Source: an uncultured Bacteroidales bacterium
GTDB taxonomy: Bacteria > Bacteroidota > Bacteroidia > Bacteroidales > UBA4417
NCBI GenBank assembly: GCA_963802185.1
Contig: CAWDHU010000017.1
Location: 278,759-342,758, forward strand
Length of the DNA stretch: 64,000 nt
Direction: 5' to 3'
Position 1 is the stretch's first letter; every line of letters starts with the position of its first letter. Positions 20,954-29,946 of the stretch are shown here, piece after piece. The position numbers and the translations under genes were made by a program. The notes below the pieces were generated by a model. It ran no database searches. It saw only the letters and a program-made list of their open reading frames with translations, and was not told where the DNA came from.

Positions 20954-22594
20954 ATGAAAACAATAAAACTAACACTCGCAGGAATAATGCTCCTTACACT
21001 CGCAATAACCAGTGTTAAAGCACAAACCAGAGGGAACGGCAACGTTACAACACAGGAGCGCCAGGTTTCCGATTTTAATGCAATAAACGTTGGCTGTGCT
21101 ATTCATCTGTATGTATCTCAGGGCGATCAACAATCTGTAAAAGTTGAAACAGACGAAAACATTCAGAATAAAATCATTACTAAAGTTAATAACGGAACCC
21201 TTAACCTGAGTTGCGACAACATTAAAGATGCAACAAAAATGGATATTTATGTAACGGCCGTAAACCTTTCTAAAATTGATGCAAGTGGAGCATCGAAAGT
21301 CACAGGCAAAACTCCTCTGAAAAATGAAGAATTCGAACTTTATGTTTCAGGAGCAGCCAAAGCAACCCTGGATATTGAAACTGGTACTTTTATAAATGAA
21401 ACCAGTGGAGCTGCAAATGCTACCCTTAACCTGATTGCAAGAAATGCCAAAACCGAAATAAGTGGAGCCGGCAATATGAAACTTAAAGGTTCAGCCGAAA
21501 AGCACACTACTGAGGTTTCAGGAGCCGGAAACCTGAAAGCGCTTGAATTTGTTACCAACAATACCGATGCTGACATTTCCGGGGCCGGCAATGCTTCCGT
21601 AATGGCCCGTCATCAACTTAAAACAGATCTTTCAGGTGCAGGCAATTTATCCTACTTCGAAAAAGATAACATTAAAAAAATCTCAAAACAGGGAGAATAC
21701 CAGTTCACCTTCGATGGGATGGATAATGTTAAAAGTCTTATAATTGAAGATGATAAGGATGCAGATAGAGATACAGATGATCGTGAATCAGTTGATATTA
21801 ACCATGGAGGTGCATGGAATGTGTATGAGAATGACGATTCAGTAACTGTTATTATCAATGATAAAAGAATAGTTGTTGTAACCGATGATTCAGTAAGAGT
21901 AAACATCGGGCAACGCGACCTGGTTGTAACTGATGATGGCGTAAGATTTGAAAAACGCGACAAAAAGCCTAAATTTAACGGACATTGGGCAGGTTTTGGA
22001 TTAAGCGTAAACGGACTGTTAAACCAGGATCATATGATTGATTATCCTGAAGACGCGCCTTACCTTGACCTCAACTACAACAGATCAACAGGGGTAAATA
22101 TTAACTTCTTTGAGCAGAATGTTAACATTTATAATCAAAACCTGGGTCTTGTTACCGGCTTGGGAGTAACCTGGAATAACTATCGTTTTGCTGATAATGT
22201 TATACTTACTGATAATGGCGAACTTAGTGGACGATTCGATGAAACACCCGGATATAACTATCAGAAAAGTAAGCTTATGGTAGCTTCGCTCAGGATACCG
22301 CTGATGCTTGAATATCAAACTAACAGCAAAATGCAAACCAATAGTTTTCATATAGGCGCTGGTGCTTTAGGACAAGTACGTATGTGGTCGCATACCAAAA
22401 ATGAAATTAATGATTCAAAATCAAAAAATAAAGGCGATTTTTACATTAATCCATTCATTGTTCAAGGTATTGGAACAATAGGCTGGGGAATTATTAACCT
22501 GTATGGAACATATTCCTTCAGCGAGATGTTCCGTCATGAAAAAGGACCTATTGCATATCCTTTTGAAGTAGGTATCACACTCATCGGATTCTGA
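20954..22594 (+). CDS. DUF2807/GIN domain fused to a C-terminal outer-membrane beta-barrel
   Basis: N-terminal half is paralogous to 19896-20657. Acidic linker, then KFNGHWAGF...GLGVTWNNYRF...KSKL...IPLMLEY...GITLIGF with a terminal Phe. Confidence 0.8.
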   Translation: MKTIKLTLAGIMLLTLAITSVKAQTRGNGNVTTQERQVSDFNAINVGCAIHLYVSQGDQQSVKVETDENIQNKIITKVNNGTLNLSCDNIKDATKMDIYVTAVNLSKIDASGASKVTGKTPLKNEEFELYVSGAAKATLDIETGTFINETSGAANATLNLIARNAKTEISGAGNMKLKGSAEKHTTEVSGAGNLKALEFVTNNTDADISGAGNASVMARHQLKTDLSGAGNLSYFEKDNIKKISKQGEYQFTFDGMDNVKSLIIEDDKDADRDTDDRESVDINHGGAWNVYENDDSVTVIINDKRIVVVTDDSVRVNIGQRDLVVTDDGVRFEKRDKKPKFNGHWAGFGLSVNGLLNQDHMIDYPEDAPYLDLNYNRSTGVNINFFEQNVNIYNQNLGLVTGLGVTWNNYRFADNVILTDNGELSGRFDETPGYNYQKSKLMVASLRIPLMLEYQTNSKMQTNSFHIGAGALGQVRMWSHTKNEINDSKSKNKGDFYINPFIVQGIGTIGWGIINLYGTYSFSEMFRHEKGPIAYPFEVGITLIGF

Positions 22595-22683
22595 TCTACT
22601 TAAAATAATTCTGAACAACATACTGAATATCAGTGCATATAAACTTATTTCTTTTACTAAAGTTGATTATGGTTAGTTGACTG

Positions 22684-22713
22684 ACTGCCCCTACAAGGGG
22701 CAGTTTTTTTTTT
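22684..22713 (+). terminator. Terminator
   Basis: ACTGCCCCT-ACA-AGGGGCAGT plus long T run. Confidence 0.85.
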
Positions 22714-22792
22714 ACAATCAAAACAGTAACTTTGCCCCCAATACCAGCATCGAAAACATATTATTAATACCTAATCTGAAAAACAAAATCCT

Positions 22793-23533
22793 ATGTCGGG
22801 ACATAATAAATGGTCGACCATTAAACGTAAAAAAGGCGCAATAGATGCCAAAAGGTCGAAAATTTTCTCAAAAATCAACAAAGAAATTACTGTCGCCGTC
22901 AAGGAAAGCGGCCCCGATCCTGATTCCAATCCACGTCTGAGGCTTGCCATCGCCAATGCCAAAGGCGCCAGTATGCCGAAAGACAATATTCAGCGTGCCA
23001 TCAGCAAAGGCTCGGATAAGGATGGAGCTTCATTTATTGAATGTACATTCGAAGGATATGCCAATGGTGGTGTTGCTATTTTCCTCGAAGCTACCACCGA
23101 TAATCAGCAGCGGACTATTGCCAATGTCCGTATGTATTTCAATAAATTTGGTGGAAACCTGGGGACCAACGGATCTTTAAGTTTTATTTTCGACCGTAAA
23201 GGTATTTTTACAATTCCTCAAGGCGATCTCAATCCGGATGATTTCGAAATGGAAATGATTGAAGCAGGCGCTGAAGATATGCAACTTGAGGAAGGTTATT
23301 TTACAGTTACGACAGCTATGGAAAACTTTGGCGCGATGATGAAAAGGCTCGAAGCCCTGAATATTGAACCGGAAAATGCCCAGCTGCAGCGCATTCCAAA
23401 AGATACTTCCAAAGTTGACCTGGAAACTGCTAAAAAAGTAATGCGCCTGGTCGAAATGTTTGAAGAAGACGATGATATTCAAGCCGTTTATCACAACCTG
23501 GAAATGACGGATGAATTGATGGATTCGTTATAA
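22793..23533 (+). CDS. yebC: YebC/PmpR-family protein
   Basis: MSGHNKWSTIKRKKG, NPRLR, MPKDNIQRAI, TDNQQRT, EEDDDIQAVYHN. Confidence 0.97.
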   Translation: MSGHNKWSTIKRKKGAIDAKRSKIFSKINKEITVAVKESGPDPDSNPRLRLAIANAKGASMPKDNIQRAISKGSDKDGASFIECTFEGYANGGVAIFLEATTDNQQRTIANVRMYFNKFGGNLGTNGSLSFIFDRKGIFTIPQGDLNPDDFEMEMIEAGAEDMQLEEGYFTVTTAMENFGAMMKRLEALNIEPENAQLQRIPKDTSKVDLETAKKVMRLVEMFEEDDDIQAVYHNLEMTDELMDSL

Positions 23534-23556
23534 AACTGTAAATAAATTAATTAAGC

Positions 23557-23592
23557 AAACCCGAAGGCTTTTAGAGGCTTTCGGGTTTTTTT
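23557..23592 (+). terminator. yebC terminator (degenerate copy near 24932-24965)
   Basis: AAACCCGAAGGCTT-TTAG-AGGCTTTCGGGTTT plus T run. Confidence 0.8.
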
Positions 23593-23886
23593 ATTGGGAT
23601 TTTGTGAATTGTACAATAGTTCCATGCCAAAAAGATCCCCCGTGTCTGTAATAATGGCAGGATATTTGATTTTGACAAGCCAGCCGCGGATGTTTAGTTT
23701 TCTAAGGCAGGCTCGAAAAAAGCACCTCCACCTGTGCAATAATTTAGATAAGACTAAGGAAAGGGATAAAATTATCGTAATTTTGCATAAATGCCTGTTG
23801 TTAATGGACATAATGCGACATAATTCCTCTGGTTTTAGTACCAGCATTGAAATATCAGGTTTTTTGATAACTAAATAATTTATGTA

Positions 23887-24093
23887 ATGAAAGTATTATT
23901 AGACATACCCGACAATAAAGCGGCTGCCCTGATGGAAGTACTAAGCAGCATTTCCTACGTTAAGGCTAAAACCCTCACAGATACCAAAGCACAACTAATG
24001 AGTGAAATCAGGGAAGCCGTTGATGAAATGAAACTGATCAAAGCCGGCAAAAAGCAAGCCCAAAGCGCTGAAGATTTTTTAAATGAGTTATAG
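23887..24093 (+). CDS. Putative type II antitoxin
   Basis: 68 aa, overlaps the downstream RelE-like gene by 11 nt; acidic C-terminus SAEDFLNEL. Confidence 0.7.
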   Translation: MKVLLDIPDNKAAALMEVLSSISYVKAKTLTDTKAQLMSEIREAVDEMKLIKAGKKQAQSAEDFLNEL

Positions 24094-24412
24094 TGTAAAA
24101 TCCATTTCTGTTTTTGAGAAGCAAGCCAAAAGGCTTATAAAAAAATATGCTTCACTTAAAAATGAACTGTTTGAACTTGTTCAGGAACTTAAAGTTAATC
24201 CTGACATGGGAACACCTATTGGGAAAAATTGTTTCAAAGCCCGCATTGCCATTGCGTCCAAAGGAAAAGGAAAATCAGGCGGTGCAAGGGTAGTTACAAA
24301 CTTTATGATTTCAGGCGCAACTGTTTACCTGCTAACGATCTACGATAAATCTGAAAAAAGCAACATTTCTGACAAAGAATTAGAAGAACTGTTAAAGGAT
24401 ATACCTGAATAA
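24083..24412 (+). CDS. RelE/HigB-like type II toxin
   Basis: FEKQAKRLIKKY, CFKARIAIASKGKGKSGGARV, VYLLTIYDKSEKSNIS. Confidence 0.88.
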   Translation: MSYSVKSISVFEKQAKRLIKKYASLKNELFELVQELKVNPDMGTPIGKNCFKARIAIASKGKGKSGGARVVTNFMISGATVYLLTIYDKSEKSNISDKELEELLKDIPE

Positions 24413-24480
24413 TCCTGGCTCATGAGGTTTAATAACCACAGCTGGCGCGGATTAATCTTAAAATATTTATTCTGATAGCA

Positions 24481-24762
24481 TTATTTCTTATTCATTTTTT
24501 TAAATAAGAAGTATGAGCATAAAAAACAAACAAACCCACCAAAGAACATAATATAAGAATTCACAATGAATGGTTGTGTTTTGTAATTCATCGTTTCAAT
24601 TATAGTGCCATTTATTTGAAATACAAATCCTCCAAATGTCAACAGTAATCCAAAAATAAAAGCGATCCAAAAGGAATTTTTCTTCTCTCTTTTCTTTTCA
24701 TTTTCCATTTCATTATATAAACTCATAATTCTTTCTTTTATTGATTGTCTGTGGGATAACAT
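24481..24762 (-). CDS. Small two-TM hypothetical protein, possibly a fragment
   Basis: Two hydrophobic helices, very AT-rich, flanked by REP-like copies. Confidence 0.5.
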   Translation of the reverse strand: MLSHRQSIKERIMSLYNEMENEKKREKKNSFWIAFIFGLLLTFGGFVFQINGTIIETMNYKTQPFIVNSYIMFFGGFVCFLCSYFLFKKMNKK

Positions 24763-24772
24763 TCTGGTCCCC

Positions 24773-24919
24773 CGCTGGCGCGGATTTGTAATCCGTGCTT
24801 TGAAATATTTTTCATTTCTATTCTATAACAAATATATCAAACATTTCAAGTTCATAGAAAGTAATCCAGACTATTTCCTAAATCATATCGGCACGGATTA
24901 CAATTCCACGCCTACAGCG
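24773..24919. repeat. REP/MITE-like inverted repeat pair, with a partial copy at 24441-24453
   Basis: CGCTGGCGCGGATTTGTAATCCGTGC (24773-24798) and its degenerate reverse complement GCACGGATTACAATTCCACGCCTACAGCG (24891-24919). Confidence 0.7.
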
Positions 24920-25050
24920 TTTAATAGACATACCCAGATGCTGAGATAAGCTTTCGGGTTCTTTATTTGATAAATTAATCATGTAAGAATTCTACTTTTA
25001 CAAATATCTCATTTACTTATAGATATAAGATATTTTCATTTAAATTAAAC

Positions 25051-25087
25051 TTTTAGTTGTATAACTATGTTTTTAGTTGTATCTTTG
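25051..25087 (+). promoter_or_regulatory. Candidate BlaI-type operator overlapping the -7 promoter element
   Basis: AACTA-N6-TAGTT palindrome (25063-25078), direct repeat TTTTAGTTGTAT x2, and TATCTTTG at 25080-25087. Confidence 0.6.
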
Positions 25088-25105
25088 TTTCATAATCTGA
25101 AAGTC

Positions 25106-25489
25106 ATGAAGAAATTAACCAAAGCCGAAGAACAGATCATGCAGGTACTCTGGGAACTGGAGAAAGGATTTGTTAACGACATTGTAAGCCTCCTACCCGA
25201 TCCAAAACCTGCATATAATACGGTATCGACCATTGTACGCATCCTCGAACAGAAAGGATTTATCGCTCATAAAGCCTATGGAAGAACACATGAATATTAC
25301 CCTTTGGTTCAAAAAGAAAACTACTCCCGCGAATACCTGAACAATTTCACGAAGAATTATTTCAGCAATTCGTATCAGGCCCTTGCATCCTTTTTTGCAC
25401 AAAGCGAAACTCTGAGCATTAAGGAACTTGAAGAAATAAAACTGCTGGTTGAAGAACAAATTATTAACCATAAAAAAGTAAAAAAATGA
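25106..25489 (+). CDS. BlaI/MecI/CopY-family repressor
   Basis: MKKLTKAEEQIMQVLW...PKPAYNTVSTIVRILEQKGF; start at 25106. Confidence 0.93.
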   Translation: MKKLTKAEEQIMQVLWELEKGFVNDIVSLLPDPKPAYNTVSTIVRILEQKGFIAHKAYGRTHEYYPLVQKENYSREYLNNFTKNYFSNSYQALASFFAQSETLSIKELEEIKLLVEEQIINHKKVKK

Positions 25490-26817
25490 ACACGCTCATC
25501 ACATATATGGTTGCTGCGATAGTATCGATGGGTGTTTTCTACTCAGCTTTTGTTGTTTTCCTCCGCAAAGAGCCACTGTTCCGGTTCAACAGGATGTATC
25601 TGCTTTCGGCATTGCTTCTGTCGTATCTTATTCCGCTTATCATGCTTCTGCCTGATACTTTTTCATTTATAAAGACAAATGCCTCCGGGACCGGCTTTAT
25701 GCAATCAATCACTTTAACTCCGGTAGTGATAACCGCAACAGCAAGTAAAATAACAGCACTTCCCAAAATACTTGAATATATCTATCTTATAGGAGTTATA
25801 TTCTTTGCTGCCAGATTATTAATACGGCTATTAAACATTTACAATCTTGGCAAAAACGGAATCAGGTCAGAGAATAATGATGTTTCTATTCTTTGGAGCC
25901 AATCCAATATCCCTCCGTTTTCATTTTTCCGGACCATGTATTTGCCTGCAAACCTGAAAGATACTGTTCACCTAAAAGAAGTTTTAAGACACGAACAAGT
26001 GCATATTAATTCATGGCATAGTTTCGACATAGTTTTCACGCAGGTAATGCAAATCGTTTGCTGGGTAAACCCTTTTATTCCATTGATTGAGAAATCATTA
26101 CGTGAACTCCATGAATTTGAAGCCGATAAAGCAGTTATAACCGCCGGTACTGATCCTGTAATGTATACCAAAATCTTATTTTCACAAAATAAAACAGCCC
26201 TGGCAATAGTGCTGGGGAATAATTTCAATTATTCACTAATAAAAAGGAGGTTAACCATGTTTTACAAAAAAAATACACGATATGCCCGGCTGAAAGCTAT
26301 TGTTGTATTGCCATTAGCTATCTGCATAGTAATGATTTATGCAATAGGCTGCGAACAATCAGCAACTAAATCTACATCTACCGAAACAACCGTTGCCTCC
26401 GAAGCTCCGGCACAGGCTGCTCCTGCAGTTCAGCCGGATGGCTCAGTACCTCCTCCTCCACCTCCTCCTCCACCGCCGCCAGTTGACACTAAGGATGCAA
26501 ACCAGGTTTATACTGTTGTTGAAAATATGCCGCAATTTCCGGGTGGAGATGAAGCCAGGACTAAGTATATGATTAACACCATTAAATATCCTGATGAAGC
26601 TAAAAAGAAAGGTCTTCAGGGAACCGTTTATGTTGGTTTTATTGTAGAGAAAGATGGAAGTATCAGTAGCACTAAAGTTCAAAGAGGAATAGGTGAGCCT
26701 TGCGATTTGGAAGCAATACGTGTGGTGCAATCTATGCCAAAGTGGACGCCCGGTACACAGAATGGTAAACCGGTGAGGGTTTCGTTTACAATGCCCATTA
26801 GTTTTAAACTCAATTAA
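25486..26817 (+). CDS. BlaR1/M56 peptidase fused to a TonB C-terminal domain
   Basis: FRFNR.YLL, PFSFF, HEQVH zinc motif, HSFD, HEFEAD, KRRLTM, Pro11 linker, then VENMPQFPGG...YPDEA...QGTVYVGF...WTPG.QNGKPVRV. Confidence 0.9.
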   Translation: MNTLITYMVAAIVSMGVFYSAFVVFLRKEPLFRFNRMYLLSALLLSYLIPLIMLLPDTFSFIKTNASGTGFMQSITLTPVVITATASKITALPKILEYIYLIGVIFFAARLLIRLLNIYNLGKNGIRSENNDVSILWSQSNIPPFSFFRTMYLPANLKDTVHLKEVLRHEQVHINSWHSFDIVFTQVMQIVCWVNPFIPLIEKSLRELHEFEADKAVITAGTDPVMYTKILFSQNKTALAIVLGNNFNYSLIKRRLTMFYKKNTRYARLKAIVVLPLAICIVMIYAIGCEQSATKSTSTETTVASEAPAQAAPAVQPDGSVPPPPPPPPPPPVDTKDANQVYTVVENMPQFPGGDEARTKYMINTIKYPDEAKKKGLQGTVYVGFIVEKDGSISSTKVQRGIGEPCDLEAIRVVQSMPKWTPGTQNGKPVRVSFTMPISFKLN

Positions 26818-26825
26818 TTGGCAAC

Positions 26826-27266
26826 ATGTCAGCATTCATCAGGCTAATTCTACTGTTCCTTTTTGTAAGTGTATCTGTTGACCTTTTTCCACAAATCTGC
26901 TTACACAAAAAGAACCAGTCAGATTCTGATGGTAAGAAGCATGGCTTTTGGATTGAAGTTTCAAAATCTGATCCCAGCAAAAAGACTTTTAAAGGCTGGT
27001 ATGATCATGGAAACGAAACCAAGAGGTGTATCTATTACAATAATGGAGTCAAGTGGTCAAAGTTTCGTTATGTGAACGATAGCCTGATGCGAATGAAACG
27101 CTATACAATTGAAGGTAATATCGACTACAAAGGATCTGCGCTCATGCTTAGGAATAACGATGAAATTCGGTTTTGCTGGGATGGTGAATTTGTTTTTTAT
27201 GATTCACACAGGCACAAGATAAAAAAAGTGACCTATGTACGCGGTGTGGAACAGGATCTGGAATAA
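26826..27266 (+). CDS. Hypothetical exported protein (MORN-like GxW repeats)
   Basis: Signal peptide; KKHGFW, FKGWYDHG and WDGEFVFYD patterns. Confidence 0.6.
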   Translation: MSAFIRLILLFLFVSVSVDLFPQICLHKKNQSDSDGKKHGFWIEVSKSDPSKKTFKGWYDHGNETKRCIYYNNGVKWSKFRYVNDSLMRMKRYTIEGNIDYKGSALMLRNNDEIRFCWDGEFVFYDSHRHKIKKVTYVRGVEQDLE

Positions 27267-27331
27267 CTCTATAATCATTTGGACTTTCAGTAAACTTGCT
27301 TTCAATCTAAATCATAAGCATTTAAAACAAC

Positions 27332-27356
27332 AAAAGGCAGCCTTTGGCTGCCTTTT
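27332..27356. terminator. Bidirectional terminator
   Basis: AAAAGGCAGCC-TTT-GGCTGCCTTTT. Confidence 0.85.
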
Positions 27357-27379
27357 AACTTATAATATTTACCAGTATA

Positions 27380-28579
27380 CTAAGTAGTTACAATTCCAAA
27401 TGTATCTTCTGCAATAACCAGTTCTTCATTGGTCGGAACTACCATTGCAGTAACTTTAGACCCAGGTTTGCTAATGATTGCTTCTTTTCCGCGGAGTTTG
27501 GTGTTTTTTGCAACATCAAATTCAAGGCCCATGAATTCAAGGCCTTCACAAACTTCCTGGCGGGTTTCCCAGCCATTTTCGCCTACTCCACCTGTAAATA
27601 TTACTACATCAACGCCACCCATCGCAGCAGCATACGATCCCAGGTATTTTTTAATCCTGTAGTGATAAATATCAAGCGATACTTTTGCCCTGTGATTGCC
27701 CTCAGCAGCGGCAGTTTCGACATCGCGCATGTCGCTCGATACTCCCGAAAGGCCAAGAATACCACTGTGTTTGTTAATTAATGTGCTGGTATATGGGATG
27801 CTGATTTCTTCCTTATCAGCAATATATAAAAGTGCACCTGCATCTAAATCACCACTTCGGGTTCCCATTACCAATCCTTCAACCGGCGTCATTCCCATCG
27901 AAGTGTCAATTGACTTACCATTTTGAATGGCGCACATTGAAGCTCCATTACCAAGATGGCAGCTAACAATTTTAAGGTCTTCGATATTTTTACCCAAAAT
28001 TTCGGCAGCACGCTGCGAAACAAAACGGTGGCTTGAACCATGGAATCCATAGCGACGCACTTTATATTTCTCGTACAACGAATAAGGAATGCCATACAAG
28101 TATGCCTGCTCCGACATGGTTTGATGATAAGCTGTATCAAAAACTGCAACCTGGGGAACTTCAGGAAGAAGTTTTGTGATGGCATAAATACCTTCGAGGT
28201 TAGGTGGATTATGTAATGGCGCAAGGTCGATACATTCAACAAGAGCTTCAATTACTTCTTTGGTAATTGCAACACTTGTATTGTATTTTTCACCAGCATG
28301 AACCACCCGATGCCCAACGGAACCAATTTCGTTCAAATCTTTTACACAACCATATTCCTTGTGTGTAAGTATACCAAGTACGAACTCAATACCGGCCTGA
28401 TGATCCAGAATTTCACCTTCAAGTTTAAGCACATCTCCATTTGCCATATTGTGCTTTATGGATGCGCCTTTTAACCCGATTTTATCGACCAGGCCTTTTG
28501 CAACTACTTCAGCCGAAGGCATTTCGAAGAGTTGATATTTTATGGATGAACTTCCGCAGTTCAGAACTATAATCTTCAT
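27380..28579 (-). CDS. ackA: Acetate kinase
   Basis: LNCGSSSIKYQ, GHRVVH, APLHNP, YGFHG, HLGNGAS, FTGGVGEN, PTNEE. Confidence 0.98.
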   Translation of the reverse strand: MKIIVLNCGSSSIKYQLFEMPSAEVVAKGLVDKIGLKGASIKHNMANGDVLKLEGEILDHQAGIEFVLGILTHKEYGCVKDLNEIGSVGHRVVHAGEKYNTSVAITKEVIEALVECIDLAPLHNPPNLEGIYAITKLLPEVPQVAVFDTAYHQTMSEQAYLYGIPYSLYEKYKVRRYGFHGSSHRFVSQRAAEILGKNIEDLKIVSCHLGNGASMCAIQNGKSIDTSMGMTPVEGLVMGTRSGDLDAGALLYIADKEEISIPYTSTLINKHSGILGLSGVSSDMRDVETAAAEGNHRAKVSLDIYHYRIKKYLGSYAAAMGGVDVVIFTGGVGENGWETRQEVCEGLEFMGLEFDVAKNTKLRGKEAIISKPGSKVTAMVVPTNEELVIAEDTFGIVTT

Positions 28580-28612
28580 TTGATAATCTTTTTATAGAAT
28601 GGAATTAAATAA

Positions 28613-29587
28613 TTACCTGTACTCAGGACATGTGATTGTACTTTCGATAATTTTGCCTTTGGCATCGTATTTATAAAACCCCTGTCCGGAGGCTTTCCCT
28701 AAATAATTGGCACGAACCAGCCGTTTCAGTACGGGTGATGTTTTGTAAACATGTTCTCCGAATTCATTGTACAGGTTATCCATCCATTTTTGTAGCTTAT
28801 CTAAACCAATTTTGTCGGCACGTTCAAAAGGGCCAAACTGGTGGCCAAGGCTGGTTCGCATCAACTCATCAATATCCTGTGCCGAGGCGATTCCTTCCAT
28901 CAGGATCTCGCATGCCTGGTTTATAACAACACACATCATGCGGGTGGTAACGTTGCCGGGAGATTCCATCAAGGTAATAGGCTTTTTCTCAATCATCCGA
29001 ACAAAACGACTTGCACGTTCGAATGCTTCTTCTGAAGTACGTGAACTACGCACTACTTCAAGCACCTTTACATCATCAGTAGGCGACATAAAATGGAGTC
29101 CTACGGCGCGATCAGGAAATTCAAGTTCGGCTGAAATATCGGATACCATAAGAGTTGCTGTATTTGAAGCCAAAACTGCATTGCGGTGAACAAATTTTTC
29201 GGCCTTCTGAAGTATTTCTTTCCTGATTTCGCGACTCGTACCAGGTTTGCGCGAATTAATCGCCTCTATAACGATATCACAATCAGCCAGATCACTATAT
29301 TCTATCGTGCCTTTTATACGCGACATGATAAGGCGTTTCTCGCTATTGGTCATTCCCCAACGGCGGATTTCAATATCAATCATGCCTGTAATGCCTTCGA
29401 GGCCAGATGATACCCGTTGCTCATTCAGATCGAGTATTACTACATCAAAGCCATGCTGGCTTATTGTTTTTGCTATCTCCTGGCCCATGGCGCCACAACC
29501 AATGATGCCAATCTTATGAATAGAGCCATGCACTTTGGGACTTTTGGTGAGATTGAAATCTTCCAGTTTTCCGATAATTTCTGACAT
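28613..29587 (-). CDS. 3-hydroxyacyl-CoA (3-hydroxybutyryl-CoA) dehydrogenase family protein
   Basis: GIIGCGAMGQEIA Rossmann motif, CDIVIEA, LASNT, GLHF, GPFERADKIGLD, LGKASGQGFY. Confidence 0.88.
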   Translation of the reverse strand: MSEIIGKLEDFNLTKSPKVHGSIHKIGIIGCGAMGQEIAKTISQHGFDVVILDLNEQRVSSGLEGITGMIDIEIRRWGMTNSEKRLIMSRIKGTIEYSDLADCDIVIEAINSRKPGTSREIRKEILQKAEKFVHRNAVLASNTATLMVSDISAELEFPDRAVGLHFMSPTDDVKVLEVVRSSRTSEEAFERASRFVRMIEKKPITLMESPGNVTTRMMCVVINQACEILMEGIASAQDIDELMRTSLGHQFGPFERADKIGLDKLQKWMDNLYNEFGEHVYKTSPVLKRLVRANYLGKASGQGFYKYDAKGKIIESTITCPEYR

Positions 29588-29946
29588 TTTCGTAAAATAT
29601 ATTTAAGAGTTAATTTATGCTAAATAAGATCCACTAATCTCTGAATCAACATCTTACAAATAAAGACACTGAATTCAGGTGCAAAGGTAAAATTTATTTA
29701 GCGGTTAACGAATGGAATCTGTTAATATTTTCACAATAGAGAGAAATATGGCTGGCTGCTGGTTTTCTGATTTCTTGATTCTGGTTTGCCAGATACATGT
29801 TTCAAGTTACTGTTTTAAAATCCCAAGTTGCAAATCAGAATTCACGAATTATAAACTCACTCACTAATTGTTGATAATTATACTTTCAGGCTTAAAAAAA
29901 TGAAACACCGACCCATTCAATTTATGTAAATTTGCATTTCTCAATT

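Noticed and set aside
23551-23878. Overlapping 94-98 aa ORFs between yebC and the antitoxin
   Set aside because: Opposite-strand pair overlapping or abutting the terminator, with no motifs; at most a decayed remnant.
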